Shown piece by piece: positions 1 to 13,070 of a DNA stretch of 64,000 nt. The notes below the pieces were generated by a model. The model was not told the DNA's origin. It searched no databases and saw only the letters and a list, made by a program, of their open reading frames with translations. The position numbers and the translations under genes are program-made. Numbering within the stretch: position 1 is the first letter of the stretch; each line of letters opens with the position of its first letter. The DNA comes from the human T2T-CHM13v2.0 reference genome, Homo sapiens. Where the stretch lies: assembly GCF_009914755.1 (NCBI RefSeq), contig NC_060942.1; one strand, given 5' to 3'.

Positions 1-139
1 TTTTATTTTGTAATAGTAAATAAATAAATGGGAGACTGAGGCTATTTCTATCTGTGTCCCCAGTGCTAAGTGCAATATCTGGTAATGGCCATAGAGTAAA
101 TGAATGAATGAATGAATCAGGTACAAAAATTAGACATCT

Positions 140-438
140 GTCAAGTGCAGTGACCCACGCCTGTAATCCCAACATTTTGGGAGGCCAAGGTGGGAGGGTT
201 GATTGAGCTCAGGAGTTCAAGACCAGCTGGAGCAACATAGCAAGACCTTGTCTCTACTAAAAAATTAAAAAGATAGCCAGGTGTGGTGGTGCACACCTGT
301 AGTCCTAGCTTCTTGGGAGGCTGAGGTGGGAGGATTGTTTGAGCCTGGGAGATTAAGGCTGCAGTGAGCTCGATCATGCCACTGCACTCCAGCCTGGGTG
401 ACAAGGGTGACCCTGTCTCAAAATAAAATAAAAAATAA
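140..438 (+). mobile_element. Alu SINE (AluJ-like), full length
   Basis: Dimeric Alu with J-type 'GATTGAGCTCAGGAGTTCAAGACCAGC', A-rich tail and degenerate TSD AAAAAT(T/A)AGAC(A/T)TCT. Confidence 0.93.
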
Positions 439-1823
439 GACTTCTAGCCCCATCGTTTTTTACACTCCAGCACATCATTTCCCCTCATGTTTTCATTTCT
501 GACCTGCTGTTATAAGCAGATAATCACATTGGATGAAATAATACTAATGGTGAGATTTCTATGTGCAGAGTGCTCATGGCTCCATCACTCTTACCATGCG
601 TTTGTTAGGCATCCTCCACGCATCTTCAGGAGTTCTATCTGCCTTTGAAGCCAATGACTTGCATGTGGAACATGGCTGCTGTCTGTAAACTACAGCCTCA
701 GTATCACTGTGCTTGCCCTAATTGGGCTAAGCCGTGGACATCTAATCACTCGCAACATCTTGTGATTTACCCAAGCAAATGTCTCTGCTATGCAACACCT
801 TGGGGTTTCCTCTAGTGCCGCTGTAATCAGAAACCACCAGACAAGATTATACACTCTTATCTCTTAGACAGGCAGCCATAGCTGTAGTTCTATCTGGCAC
901 TTACGTTTGCATGATGGTTAGTGGACACCGCGTCCATTTTACATACACAAGTCTAAGTTTTCCGCAGAAAGGGATAACTCCTCTTTCACATCTTTCAATG
1001 CTCCCTTGGCCCCAGCAGCAAATCATAGCACAGCATCTTTGTAAAACAGACACTCAACAAACACCTACTGAGTTGAAGAACGAGACAATGTTGCTAAACC
1101 CACACATTGTCCCTTCAAAATGGAATTTTAGCACTGACTTTGCCTTGCCTTAAGCCTGTTCCTTGGTGCTCTACAGGTCTGCAGAGCTATGTTTCAGAGA
1201 AGGTGCCATCTGCTACTGCGAATTTACAGTATCTTTCAGCAAATATGCAAAGTAAATAGGGAAAGCAGGAACAAAATTTCTCCAACTAAAAAACTGACAC
1301 AGCACAAGTGTTCTCCGAAGAAATATTTTCCATTGATGTGCCCAGTCTTAGGTGGAATAATTCCAGGTACACCTTGTTTCACCCTGATGTCTACCTTCTG
1401 AAAGAAATCCATGTGAAAATATAGCTTTTCAACTGATCTCTGGTTTCCTGGAGTGATTCTACATTCCTTGATCATTCAGCTGAGTGAAATGGAGGAAATT
1501 CAGTTTGAATCTTAGCCACTCATTCCATGGGTCCATGGAGAAACTGCTAAGTTTCACATGCATAAATTTATTACATTATTAGCTAGTCTATGGACTGCTT
1601 AGGGAATATCAAGGATGCTTGTACACACATAAAGTACCTATAAAGTACATTTTGAAAATAATGCCATGTTCTGAAAATGAATCTCTCTCAATTAACTTTT
1701 CCAAACCACAGCTTCCTGGTGGCTTCAAATCAGTATTAGGTCAATGTCAAATACTGAATCTAAGATTTAAAAATTGACTAAGACTACCCTTCTCTCTGTG
1801 AATATATACTTGTGAATTTTCTA

Positions 1824-2050
1824 CAGTGTCTAAGAGCATGTTCTCTGGAGTCAAGCCCACTGAATTCAAATACTTTTTCAACAACTTAATCCTAGTGAGT
1901 CCTTGGTAAAAGTTCTAAGTTCAAGCTTCCATGTCACGATCTGTGAAATGTTGATAGTAATAGTCCCAACCTCACTAAATTTTTGAGAAATTTGCACTGG
2001 GCAATTGCATGTAAAGCACTTAGCATATATTCAGTATAGTTAAGTCTGTA
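1824..2050 (+). mobile_element. MIR SINE (degraded)
   Basis: MIR-like core 'ATCTGTGAAATGTTGATAGTAATAGTCCCAACCTCAC...GCATGTAAAGCACTTAGCA'. Confidence 0.7.
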
Positions 2051-3251
2051 CTTTTTAACAATTATTCTTATTAATAAAAACACACAATTTTAAGTACCTA
2101 CACATGATTTTTATGATTTTTAGTAAAGCCTCCTATCCTAAATAATGGTTGTCTTAATCTAGCATCCTGTGACTTAGAGACATACCACTGTTTCTTAGAT
2201 TTACAAAGTACTCAGAGGCCACAGGAAAGTACTTTCTATGTTTATCATTTATCTTTGCATTTTGGAGCTAATATTGGGTCCCCGAGATCTCCACAACACT
2301 CAACTATGTGGGAAGAAACCCAGATGGAAAAAATATTCCTGACCTATTGAAAGGTATGGTTCATTTGAACTTGGCCAGCAAATGATAGAGCTATCTGACC
2401 TATGACATCTGCCGAATTTCTGTCTCATCTCATATAATTCCTCTCATCCAGAAATAAGAGGCAACTTCAAGCACAGGTGCAGAAAATCATGTCAGTCTCA
2501 AAAACCTGAACTGACATGTTTGCATCTGCTTTCTTCCAGAGGAATCTTCTAGATAGTGGGGGCAGATGTCACTTGGGAACCTTTTGAAGATTATCTCAGA
2601 CTCATTCTCCTTTTGAACACCTTGTTATCACCACAGAGAATCTCACAGTGTAAATGATTTCTAACAGCCTTTGTAGAAAATGACACAGTCTGTCCTGAGA
2701 GCTGTTCATGGAATTACTGTACCTTGTGAGTGGGGGTTGAGTTTGGTTGATACTTAAAAGCAGCAGAGGCTCAGGGTTCTCAGATTTGTACATTCAGTTC
2801 CTTGGAAGATAGTAAGAGACTTTTCTCATTTTTCCTTTTGCTTCTTTGGCTTCTCTTTTTTTGCCCTTTTTCCCAATTTCTTTTTTAAACAATCAAGAAC
2901 ACAAGTAATTGTCACCTTGGTATTTAAATTCAGAGATCTAGAAGGCTCTTTATTCTGGGAAACACGTAGGCTGAGCATTCCTGAAATGGAATCAACGAAA
3001 CCTGTGCACTCCCAGGTGTGAAGAGGTAATTGCAGGTGCAAATCGGCAATGGCCTGAACAGCAGGCAAGTGAATGTAATAAGCAAGCTGCATCCAGACGC
3101 CTTGGTGCTGCTTTTTGGAACTCGTCTTTTTACTTGAATTCATTTGCATTACTTCAGCATAAGATGTACATAAAGAAACACTCTTTATATATTCCACCAG
3201 GCTCATCAGTCTATGACAGGAATTTTGCCTTCAGCTAGTCCAAGTAACTCA

Positions 3252-3254
<3 letters not shown>

Positions 3255-3298
<44 letters not shown>
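3255..3298. repeat. (GT)22 microsatellite
   Basis: Pure GT run read directly. Confidence 0.98.
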
Positions 3299-3300
<2 letters not shown>

Positions 3301-3760
3301 CCGTGCCTTCAACAGCAAAGATGAGAGGTGGAACATATGGTATCAATGCTCTGGCTTGGATCTTTTAACATAAGGACTACTTGTTTGAAAACTCTGTCAA
3401 AATGCAAAAGCCTGAATGATTTCCAGAACTCTTGGGCCACACATGGATTTTAAAAGTGAAAGTCAAGAGGGTGTAGGGGAGGTGGAGTGAGCCTGACCCT
3501 GATGCCTTGCCTGGGCTGATGAGTATGGCGCTGCTCTCCACAGCATTTCCTCTGTCTTGCCTTTCTCCCACGCACCACGCTTCCTTCTCCTGCTTTTCTC
3601 CCTTTCTATTTTCTCAAAGAAAATTAGAAGGGATTAGCCCGGTTGACAAAGACAGAGAGGACAAAAAGGAATTGAGAAATTCTCCAATGTCCATTTTGTC
3701 TCCAGCTCAAAGTCTGAGCAAAGTCAAATGCTTCCTATAATGTTAAGGATAAAAACAATG

Positions 3761-4093
<333 letters not shown>

Positions 4094-4295
4094 TCAACTG
4101 CATCTCAGAAGAATCTATCATAACCCCATGGACATAAGGAGTCTTGCTTCCCCTGGCCATAGCCTGCTAGAGGTTGGGGATACCATAATAAGCCTGGCAG
4201 CTATTTCTCACCAGAATTGGAAAGTACATCTTATGTCCAATAGATGACAGAAAAGAATTGCATCGGAACCCCATGCAAAGATGTTCTAAAAGGAT

Positions 4296-4810
4296 ATGTT
4301 AATTTCCTTTTGCTGCTATAACAAATTACCACCAATTTAATGACAAAACACACAGATGTATTATTGTTCAGATCTAGAAGTCAGAAGCCCAGCAGGGGGC
4401 TCACTGGATGAAATCAAGGTGTTGGCAGGGCTGTGTTCCTTCTGGAGGCTCTGGGGAAGAGCCTGTTTCCCTGCTTTTCCATCTTCTGGAGGTCACCTGC
4501 ATCCTCGTGCGCATAGCCACTTCCTTCGTCTTCAAATATTTCTGACTGTGATCCTCTTCTGTCTCCCTCTTCTACTTTAAAGGATGCTTGTGACTATATT
4601 GTGCCCACCCAGATAATCCACAATAACCCCCCAACATAAGATCAGCTAATAAGCAAACAATTCTACGTACAAACTTAATACCTCTTTTCCATGTTTCCAC
4701 AGCTTTTGAGAATTAGGATATGAATATCCACATATAAAACATATCCACAGCTACTGAGAATTAAGACATCACGAACATCTTTGGGGGAACTCTTTATTCT
4801 GATTACCACA
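4296..4810 (-). mobile_element. MLT1C/D-type MaLR LTR
   Basis: 'GCTGCTATAACAAATTACCAC...ATCAAGGTGTTGGCAGGGCTGTGTTCCTTCTGGAGGCTCTGGGGAAGA...TACCACA' is typical of reverse-oriented MLT1. Confidence 0.8.
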
Positions 4811-5268
4811 AAAATAGAATAACTCAGAAATGCAAACTTACAGAAAATTGAGACATGCCAAAAAATATGGCCACGAAGCAGAGATAAGCCACAACCTAAT
4901 ATTTCAATATAAGCTAAAGAACATTAAGAAAACAATAGAAGCAATGAAAGAGACTTATAAATTAGAATTAGGAAAATATTAGAAATGATATGGCTAAGTG
5001 ACAGTGAGACATTTTTTAAAATGCTAACAGAGCTCAAGAACAAATGAGAAAGAAAACAAAAAGCAAAGGAATAAAAAGGAAGTTTCAGAAATTAAAAGGC
5101 CTCCCTAGCCAGTGTTGCTAGAAAGAAAAGTTTAGCTTTGCCAGGGGATGCTAAGACAAAGGAAGCTGAAATCAGCCCATCATACGCACCCTACCTAATT
5201 AGCACACCTCTCCACCTGCTCCTTCATTACATTTCCCCATCAAGAGCTCATCACAACCTGTTTGGGAG

Positions 5269-7573
5269 TGATATGGTTTGGCAGTGTCTTCACCCGAATC
5301 TCATCTTGAATTGTAGTCCCCATAATCTTCACATGTCATGGGAGGGAGCTGGTGGGGGACAAATGAATCATGGGGTCAGTTACCTCCATGCTGTTCTTAT
5401 GATATGAGTGAGTTCTTATGAGATCTGATAGTTTCATAAGAGGCCTCCCCATCCTTCACTCTGCACTTCTCCTTCCTGCCATCATGTAAAGAAGGACATG
5501 TCTGCTTTCCCTTCTGCTATGATTGTAAGTTTCCCAAGGCCTCCCCACCCATGCTGAACTGTGAGTCAATTAAACCTCTTCCCTTTATAAATTACCCAGT
5601 CTCAGTTATATCTTTATTAGCAACATGAGAACAGTCTAATACAGAAAATTTGTAATTCAGAGAGTGGAGTGCTGCTGTAAAGATACCCGAAAATGTGGAA
5701 ATGACTTTGTAACTGGATAACAGGCAGAGGTTGGAACAGTTTGGAGGGCTCAGAAGAAGATAGAAAAATGTGGGAAAGTTTGGAACTTTCTAGAGACTTG
5801 TTGAATGGCTTTGAGCAAAATGCTGATAGTAATATGGACAATAAAGTCCAGGTTGAGGTGGTCTCAGATGGAGATGAGGAACTTTTGGAAATTGGAGTAA
5901 AGGTCAGTCTTGCTATGTGAAGGGAATAGCAGCATTTTGTCCCTGCCCTAGAGATCTGTGGAACTTTGAACTTAAGAGAAATGATTTAGGGTATCTGGCA
6001 GAATAAATTTCTAAGTGATGATGTGTCCAAGAGCAAGCAGAGCATAAAAGTTTGGGAAATTTGCAGCCTGACAATACAATAGAAAAGAAAAACCCATTTT
6101 CTGGGGAGAAATTCAAGCTGGTTGTAGAAATTTGCATAAGTAGTGAGGAGCTGAATGTTAATCACCAAGATAATGGGGAAAACGTCTCCAGGGCATGTCA
6201 GGGACCTTCATAATAGCCCCTGTCATCACAGGCCGTGTGGCCTAGGAGGGAAAAATGGTTCCTTGTGGCCTAGGAGGGAAAAGTGGTTTCCTGGGCCAGG
6301 TCCTGGGACCCCTTGCTATGTGCAGCCTTGGAACTTTGTGCCCTGCAACCCAGCCACTCCATCTGTGGCTAAAAGGGGCCAATGTACAGCTCAGACCATC
6401 TCTTCAGAGGGTGAAAGCCCAAAGCTTTGGTAGCTTCCACATGGTGTTGGGCCTGTGGGTGCATGGAAGTCAATAATTGAGGTTTTGGGACCTCTGCCTA
6501 GATTTTAGAGGATAAATTGAAACACCTGTTTCCAAGTAGAGGCGGAGCCCTCATGGAGGACCTCTGCTAAGGCAGTGCAGCAGGGAAATGGGGGATCAGA
6601 GCCCCCACACAGAGTCCCCACTGGGGCACTGCCTAGTGGAGCTGTGAGAAGAGGGCCACCATCCTCCAGACCCCAGAATGGTAGATCCACCGACAGCTTG
6701 CACCATGTGCCTGGAAAAGCTGCAGACACTCAATGCCAACCTGTGGAAGCAGCCAGGAGGTGTGCTGTACCCTGCAAAGCCACAGAGGTGGAGCTGCCCA
6801 AGTTCATGGGTGCCCACTGCTTGCATCAGTGGTAACTGGATGTGAGACATAGAGTCAAAAAATATCGTTTGGGAACCTCAATGTTTAATGACATCCCTAT
6901 AGGGTTTTGGACTTGCTTGGGGCCTGTAGCCCCTTTGCTTTGGCCAATTTCTCCCATTTGAAATGGATGTATTCACCCAAAGCCTGTACTTCCATTGTAT
7001 CTAAGAGTAACTAACTTGCTTTTGACTTTACAGGCTCATAGGCAGAGGGGACTTGCCTTGTCTCAGATGAGACTTTGGACTTGAACTTTTGAGTTAATGC
7101 TGGAATGAGTTAAGAGTTTTGGGGACTTTTGGAAGGGCATGATTGTGTTTTGAAATGTGAGGACATGACATTTGGGAGAGGTCAGGGGCAGAATTGTATG
7201 GTTTTGCTCTGTGTCCTCACCCAAATCTCATCTTGAATTATATTTCCCATAATCCCCACATCTGGGTGGGAGAGAACCAGCGGGAGGTAATAGAATCATG
7301 GGGGCAGTTATCTCCATGCTGTTCTCGTGATAGTGAGTGAATACTCACAACATCTGATGGTTTTATAAGGGCTTTGCGCCCCAGTTCACTCTGCACTTTT
7401 CCTTCCTGCCATGATGTGAAGAAGGACATGTTTGCTTCCCCTTCTGCCATGGTTGTAAGTTTCCTGAGGCCTCCTCAACCATGCTGAACTGTGAGTCAAT
7501 TAAACCTCTTTGCTTTATAAATTACCCAATCTCAGATATGTCTTTATTAGTAGCATAAGAACAGACTAATACA
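5269..7573 (+). mobile_element. Full-length THE1 (THE1D-like) MaLR provirus: 5' LTR 5269-5643, internal ~5644-7193, 3' LTR ~7194-7573
   Basis: Two direct ~375-bp LTRs (TGATATGGTTTGG...CTAATACA) flank a typical THE1-int sequence; total ~2.3 kb; degenerate TSD GGGAG/GTGAA. Confidence 0.93.
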
Positions 7574-8589
7574 GTGAATAGGTAAGAAACTTGGGGAGGC
7601 AGGAGAAAGGGGTATGAATATTGTGTTCATTGCTCTCCTGGGGTAGCCCTGCTCTGTGCTGCCAGGGATGTCTGGTTAGTGGTTTCTCCCCCATGCACCT
7701 GTATCACTTTTAGCTTTGCTTTTCACAATCTGACATAGTGTTCTACTCACTCTTCTGCTATACCTTTGAGAAAAGAGGTATTTTCAGCCAAATGAGAAGA
7801 GAGATTTTGCCTCGCTCATCAGTGTGACTTCAGGAGCTAGTAGAATGTTCTGTACACATTACATTGCATGCACTGCACACACAACTACAAAACAAGTATT
7901 TAATGAAAGGGCATTATCAGCATATAAACTAGACTGGAAATCCAGCAGCTTGACAATAAACTGCATTTTAGGTACCCTGAGATCTGACCTCTGAGAACAG
8001 CAGTGACCACCTTGGAGCTGGCACTTCCTGGAATGCTTTGCTGCATTACACATTAAAGGTATATGCTCAGGGAGTAAAGGAAACAGAGCTTAATGAAAAA
8101 TACCTCTATCGAGGCCAAGCCAAGAGATAGGTCAGGTCTATATCCATACAGCTAGTCTAAGGCTGAATCTCAGTTTCTCAGTGTACAACCAGCAACCAGT
8201 AGAAATAGGCTCCACCCCAAAGTGGCCCCAGGCTCTCAGCTTCCTGGCTCACTTTTCCACTCTCCGTGGATAGTATATGCCTGCCTAAAAATTTATAAAA
8301 GAGGTTAATAATGAAGCAGGGTACAGAGGTCACCTCTCAGGCTGCCCATATTTTACCTCATAGGTAGTTGCCTTCAACCATCTACTAGGATTTAGACTAA
8401 GGCATTACATTTTAAACTAAGAGGGAAAGCTCATCAGTCAAGAAAGCATTCATTGAGCACCTACTGTGTGCAAATCCCTGTTCTAGGCCAGAAGGGCAAG
8501 CAGAAATAAATCCTTAAATAGCAAGGTAAGATTGAGATGAGGAGGGCAAGGTAAGGCAGACATTTTTACTTAGTACTGTTTAGGCCAGG

Positions 8590-9110
8590 TCAACATTTTC
8601 TGGACAAAGAAATTGGCAAGTGCATTAGGAGATTTTTCAAATTCTAAAATTTGTATGTAATGGCTTCAATTTTAGGACTGTGTCCCACTGAAATAAATCA
8701 ACAGATGAAGGTTTGTAAATAAAGATGGTCATTGCAGCATCATTTTATAATATTGAAAAATAGAGATTACCTAATCAAGTTGCACATTAAGAATAGGCAA
8801 AATTCTGGGAAATTCATATATAAAATATCTGTAGCATTTAAACCATAACTTTTTAAAAAAGCAAAATGGTATAGTAAAATCAAATGAAGAAAGCAAAAAA
8901 CGTTTAAACACATTATAGTCTAAGTTTTGCTTTTAAATATATTTTGCAGAAAAAGCTATAATATGTTGAAATTATAATACTCATTATCTCAAAATTATGG
9001 AATCGTAGATAATATTCTCTTTCTCTCTCTCTCGCTCTCTCTCTCTCCTTTTTATCTGTTTTCTAAATTTTCCATGATGGGCATGAGTTGATTTTATAAC
9101 CAAGGGGGAA
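8590..9110 (+). mobile_element. Old L1M 3'-end fragment
   Basis: 'AAAGATGGTCATTGCAGCATCATTTTATAATATTGAAAAATAG' resembles the L1M ORF2 end/3' UTR; heavily diverged. Confidence 0.5.
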
Positions 9111-12105
9111 AATGAAGGGATAATTGCCATGTTAAGATGATGACTAGAACTGCCTTACATTCTTTCACTCCTTTAATAGCTAGAGACATAAACAAAATTA
9201 TTTTTAAAAACAACAAAAATATATCAACTGCAACAAAGCAATGAGTAACATAATGCCTTGAACTTCAAAACTGATGGCCTAAGAAAGAAACAGTATATTT
9301 GAGAGCAGGGATTCAGGAAGTTTGTCCTAATGTCACCCCCACTTCCCACCCCCAAAGTCGTATTATTTTAGGTTAAAAACCCTGAGAAATCTTGCTAATA
9401 GTCCTTCTGATTTAAAAAAATCATAGAGAAAGATACTGAATCATAGCCTAATCTTTCCCCACTTCTGACTAGTGGAAGGGGGAGGAGGGGACTAAAGAAC
9501 TAAAGAAAAGGAAAGAGTGGGGTTGTCTGTCCCTGTGAGAAATGAAATTCCCTAGGACTCATGTTGAAATCAGAAAGAACTTAAAACCTGAGAACATTCC
9601 CTTGTGCGAGTGGGATGAACAACAAATTTAGGTAGAATAAACTTTTGTATGATATTTTAAGACTATCTCAGAGAAGAAAAGAAATTCAGGTATTTTTTAA
9701 AAACCGCCTGCCTCTACACTGCCATTTGCCCAAGCTACACAAATGTGAAAAGTAAGACATACCCAGCCCTCAGCTTGTGTCTTAGAAGGAAGGAGAGAGA
9801 AGAGAAGGGAAACAGAGTTAAGAAGTCAGTCATGCAATAATAGAATTAATAGAAGCTCGAGAGAGAGCTGCCCAAGCATGAGCAATATAGAGAAAAACAG
9901 CAAGTCAGTAATCTCCATCATATCTCCAGCATAAAAGCTACAAAAAGAATACATGATGAAAGTGTGCATAAAGATCACAATCTAGAAGAAGAGGCAAGTC
10001 AAAAATAATTAAATATCTTTGTAATTGCTTAGTAACAACTAAGACAATTTAATAGCAACACAAAATTGACAAAACAAGATCTCGAAGATAAGATGTTAAA
10101 GAGAACAATGAGAAGAAAAGACAGACTGTAGAACTAAGGAAATAAATTGAAGATTAAAAGAATACCATAATAGATACAGGAAATAAGAAATAGCAAGAAA
10201 CTGAATATTACAGAAAAATCTACCAATAACATTAAAAAAGTTAAGATTAGAGGTATTGGATTATAAAATTACAGATGAACATGCATGAAAATAATTAGTA
10301 TCTCTAAAGCATAAAAGCCAAAAACTAGAAGACAAGATACATTAATAGACACAATATAAGAAAATTGCCTTAACAAAGAGCATATATCATGTTACCAGAA
10401 AATCTGATAAGTAACATCCAGCACTACAATCTCTCCTAGTTAAGCTATTGAAAATCAAGAATAAAGAATGATTTCTTCGGGCATTCAGCTAGGAAAAGAA
10501 AATAACTTACAAGGGAAAAGTATCAGACTTACTTGGAGCTTCTGCAACAAATGCCAGGTGACAATGGCATAAAGGTCTTAGGCCAAGACTGACCCAAGAA
10601 TACTGAAACTAGGTTATCGGTCATCCAATTTAACTGGAAACCAGAAAAGCTTTCAAAACTGAAACAAACCACAAGCCTTTCTCAAAAATAAATTTTATCT
10701 TCAGAACATTTACATTTTATAAAATTCAATTAAAATTAATTTTAATATTTTAAATAAACCATGACATCTCTATCATTACTTCATTTTAAATGTGTTTTAT
10801 ATTTCTATCTATATGTATTTATCAAAAAAACTGAAATCAGGTTTATTGATAAATATATAGCTAGAAGGATGGAAAAGAGGGAAAGAGAAGACACAAAGTA
10901 TCAATATCAGAAATGAAAAAGGGAGTCATCACTACAGAGCCTACAGATATTACAAAAATAATAAGAGAATATTATAAACACCTACATGCCAATAAGTTAA
11001 ACAACTTAGATGAAACAAGCAAATTCCTTAAACACAAAAACTACCAAATCTGATATAAAAAGAAATGTAATAATCAAATAGCCCTATATATATTAAGAAA
11101 TTCAATTAATTATCTTAAAAATTTCTCCTAAAACAATCAGGACCAGATGGTTTCTCTGGTGAAATCAATCTGATAATTAAAGAAGTAATCAAACCAATCC
11201 TACCTAATATTTTTCAGAAAATAGAGAAGGAACACTTCCCATCTCATTTTATAAATTAACACTACCTTGATATGAAAACCCGATAAGATATTACAGGTGA
11301 ACTTCAGAACAATATCCCTCACAAACACACATATATAAATTATTAATATTAGCAATTTTAAATCCAGTAATGTATAACAAGGATAATACATTATGATATT
11401 GATCCCAAGAATGCAAAGTTGTTTTAACATTCAAAAATCAATGTAATTTAATACATTAACATATTAGAGAAAAAATATGATCACTTCAATAGATCCAGGG
11501 AAATCACGTGACAAATTTAATACCCATTTATAATAAAAATGCTCAGCAAACTAGGAAGAAGAGAAAATATCCTAAATCTCATAAAGAACATCTATAAGAA
11601 ACATAGAGCTAACAGCATACTTAGTAAAGACTCTATGTTTCTTCCCTAAGATTAAGAAAGGCAAAAAAATTTGTATTGACCACTTCTATTATTATTGCTT
11701 TGGAAGTCCTAGCTGGTTCAATAAGCCAAGGAAATGAAATAAAAAGCATACAGATTGGAGAAGAGCAAGTAAAATTGTTTTTATTTGTTGAAGATAATGA
11801 GGTGTATATAGAAAATCCCTTCAAATCCATTTTTAAAGTGACTAGCACTAATAAATGTATTTGGCAAGTTTGCATGACACAAAATCAATATACATGAATT
11901 AATTACATTTTATATGTCTACTTAATACTGACAATAATCAACTGGGAAGTAAAATTCTTAAAAGCTACTACTTACAGTATATCCCCAAAACATAGAATAT
12001 TCAGGGTTACATTTAATAAAAAAAAATGTAAAACTGTACTAAAAACTATAAAATATGGCACTGAAAAAAAATTCTAAAACCTAAATAAACAGAGATTATA
12101 CCATG

Positions 12106-12456
12106 TGTATTAATCCACTTTCACACTGCTCTAAGAAACTACATGAGACTGGATAATTTATGAAGAAAAGAAGTTTAATTGACTCACACGTCCATAGGCT
12201 TAACAGGAGGCATGACTAGGAGGCCTCAGGAAACTTACAGTCATGGCAGAAGGTGAAGCGGAAGCAAGGACCTACTTCACATGGTGGCAGGAGAGAGAAA
12301 GTGAAGGCGGAAGTACCACACATTTTTAAACCATCAGATCTCATGAGAACTTACTCACTATCACTACAACAGCAAGGGGGAAAGCCACTCCCATGACTCA
12401 ATCACCCCTCACCAGGCCCATCCTCCAATTTAACATGAGATTTGGATGTGGACACA
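12106..12456 (-). mobile_element. MSTA-like MaLR solo LTR inserted in L1 ORF2
   Basis: 'TGTATTAATCC...GGAGGCCTCAGGAAACTTACAGTCATGGCAGAAGGTGAAG...ATGAGATTTGG'; L1 sequence resumes on both sides. Confidence 0.88.
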
Positions 12457-12484
12457 TGTTAACGGATCAGAAGACATCATTTTA

Positions 12485-13070
12485 ACACACTTTTTAGTTT
12501 TGAAATAACTTTAGATTTGCAGAAAAGTGGCAAGATTCGTAGAGAGAATTATCATATGTGCTTCACCTAGCTGCTCCTAATGTGAACATCTTACATGACT
12601 ATAATAGACTTATCAAAACTAGATAAATCAACATAGATAGAATAGTAATTGTATCCATGTTGTATTACAACACTATTAACTACAATAGTACTACAATACT
12701 ATTAATTAAAGTGTAAACTTCATTTGGATTTCACCAATATTTCCACTAATGTCCTTTTTCTGTTCCAGAATCCAATCAAGGATACCACATTGCATTTAGT
12801 AGTCATGTCTCCTTTGTCATCTCCAGTCCATGAAAGTTTCTATATTTTTGTTTTTCATGATCTTTTAAAAAATAATTTTCAGGTATTTGGCATAATATCC
12901 CTTAATTTGATTTTTCTAATGTTTTCTCTTGAGTAGATAGAGCTATGGATTTGAGAGAAGAATGTCACAAAGATGATGGGCCATTTTTATCACATCATAT
13001 CAGTAATACCTCATGCCAACATGATTTACTACTGGTGATGTTAACCTAGATTATATGGTAAAATGACGTC
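12485..13070 (-). mobile_element. L1MC4/L1MC5-like 3' fragment, antisense, nested in L1
   Basis: 'TTTTGAAATAACTTTAGATTTGCAGAAAAGT...CCACTAATGTCCTTTTTCTGTTCCAGAATCCAATCAAGGATACCACATTGCATTTAG'. Confidence 0.7.

Noticed and set aside
2826-3206. 126-aa minus-strand ORF with a lysine-rich tail
   Set aside because: No recognisable domain; the K-rich end comes from a T-rich tract; no splice or promoter support.
6155-6850. Overlapping ORFs in the GC-richer 6.1-6.9 kb region
   Set aside because: Fragments of the THE1 internal region, short and interrupted.
11200-11897. Reverse-transcriptase-like peptide
   Set aside because: Degenerate old L1 ORF2 with multiple stops; not an active element or novel RT system.
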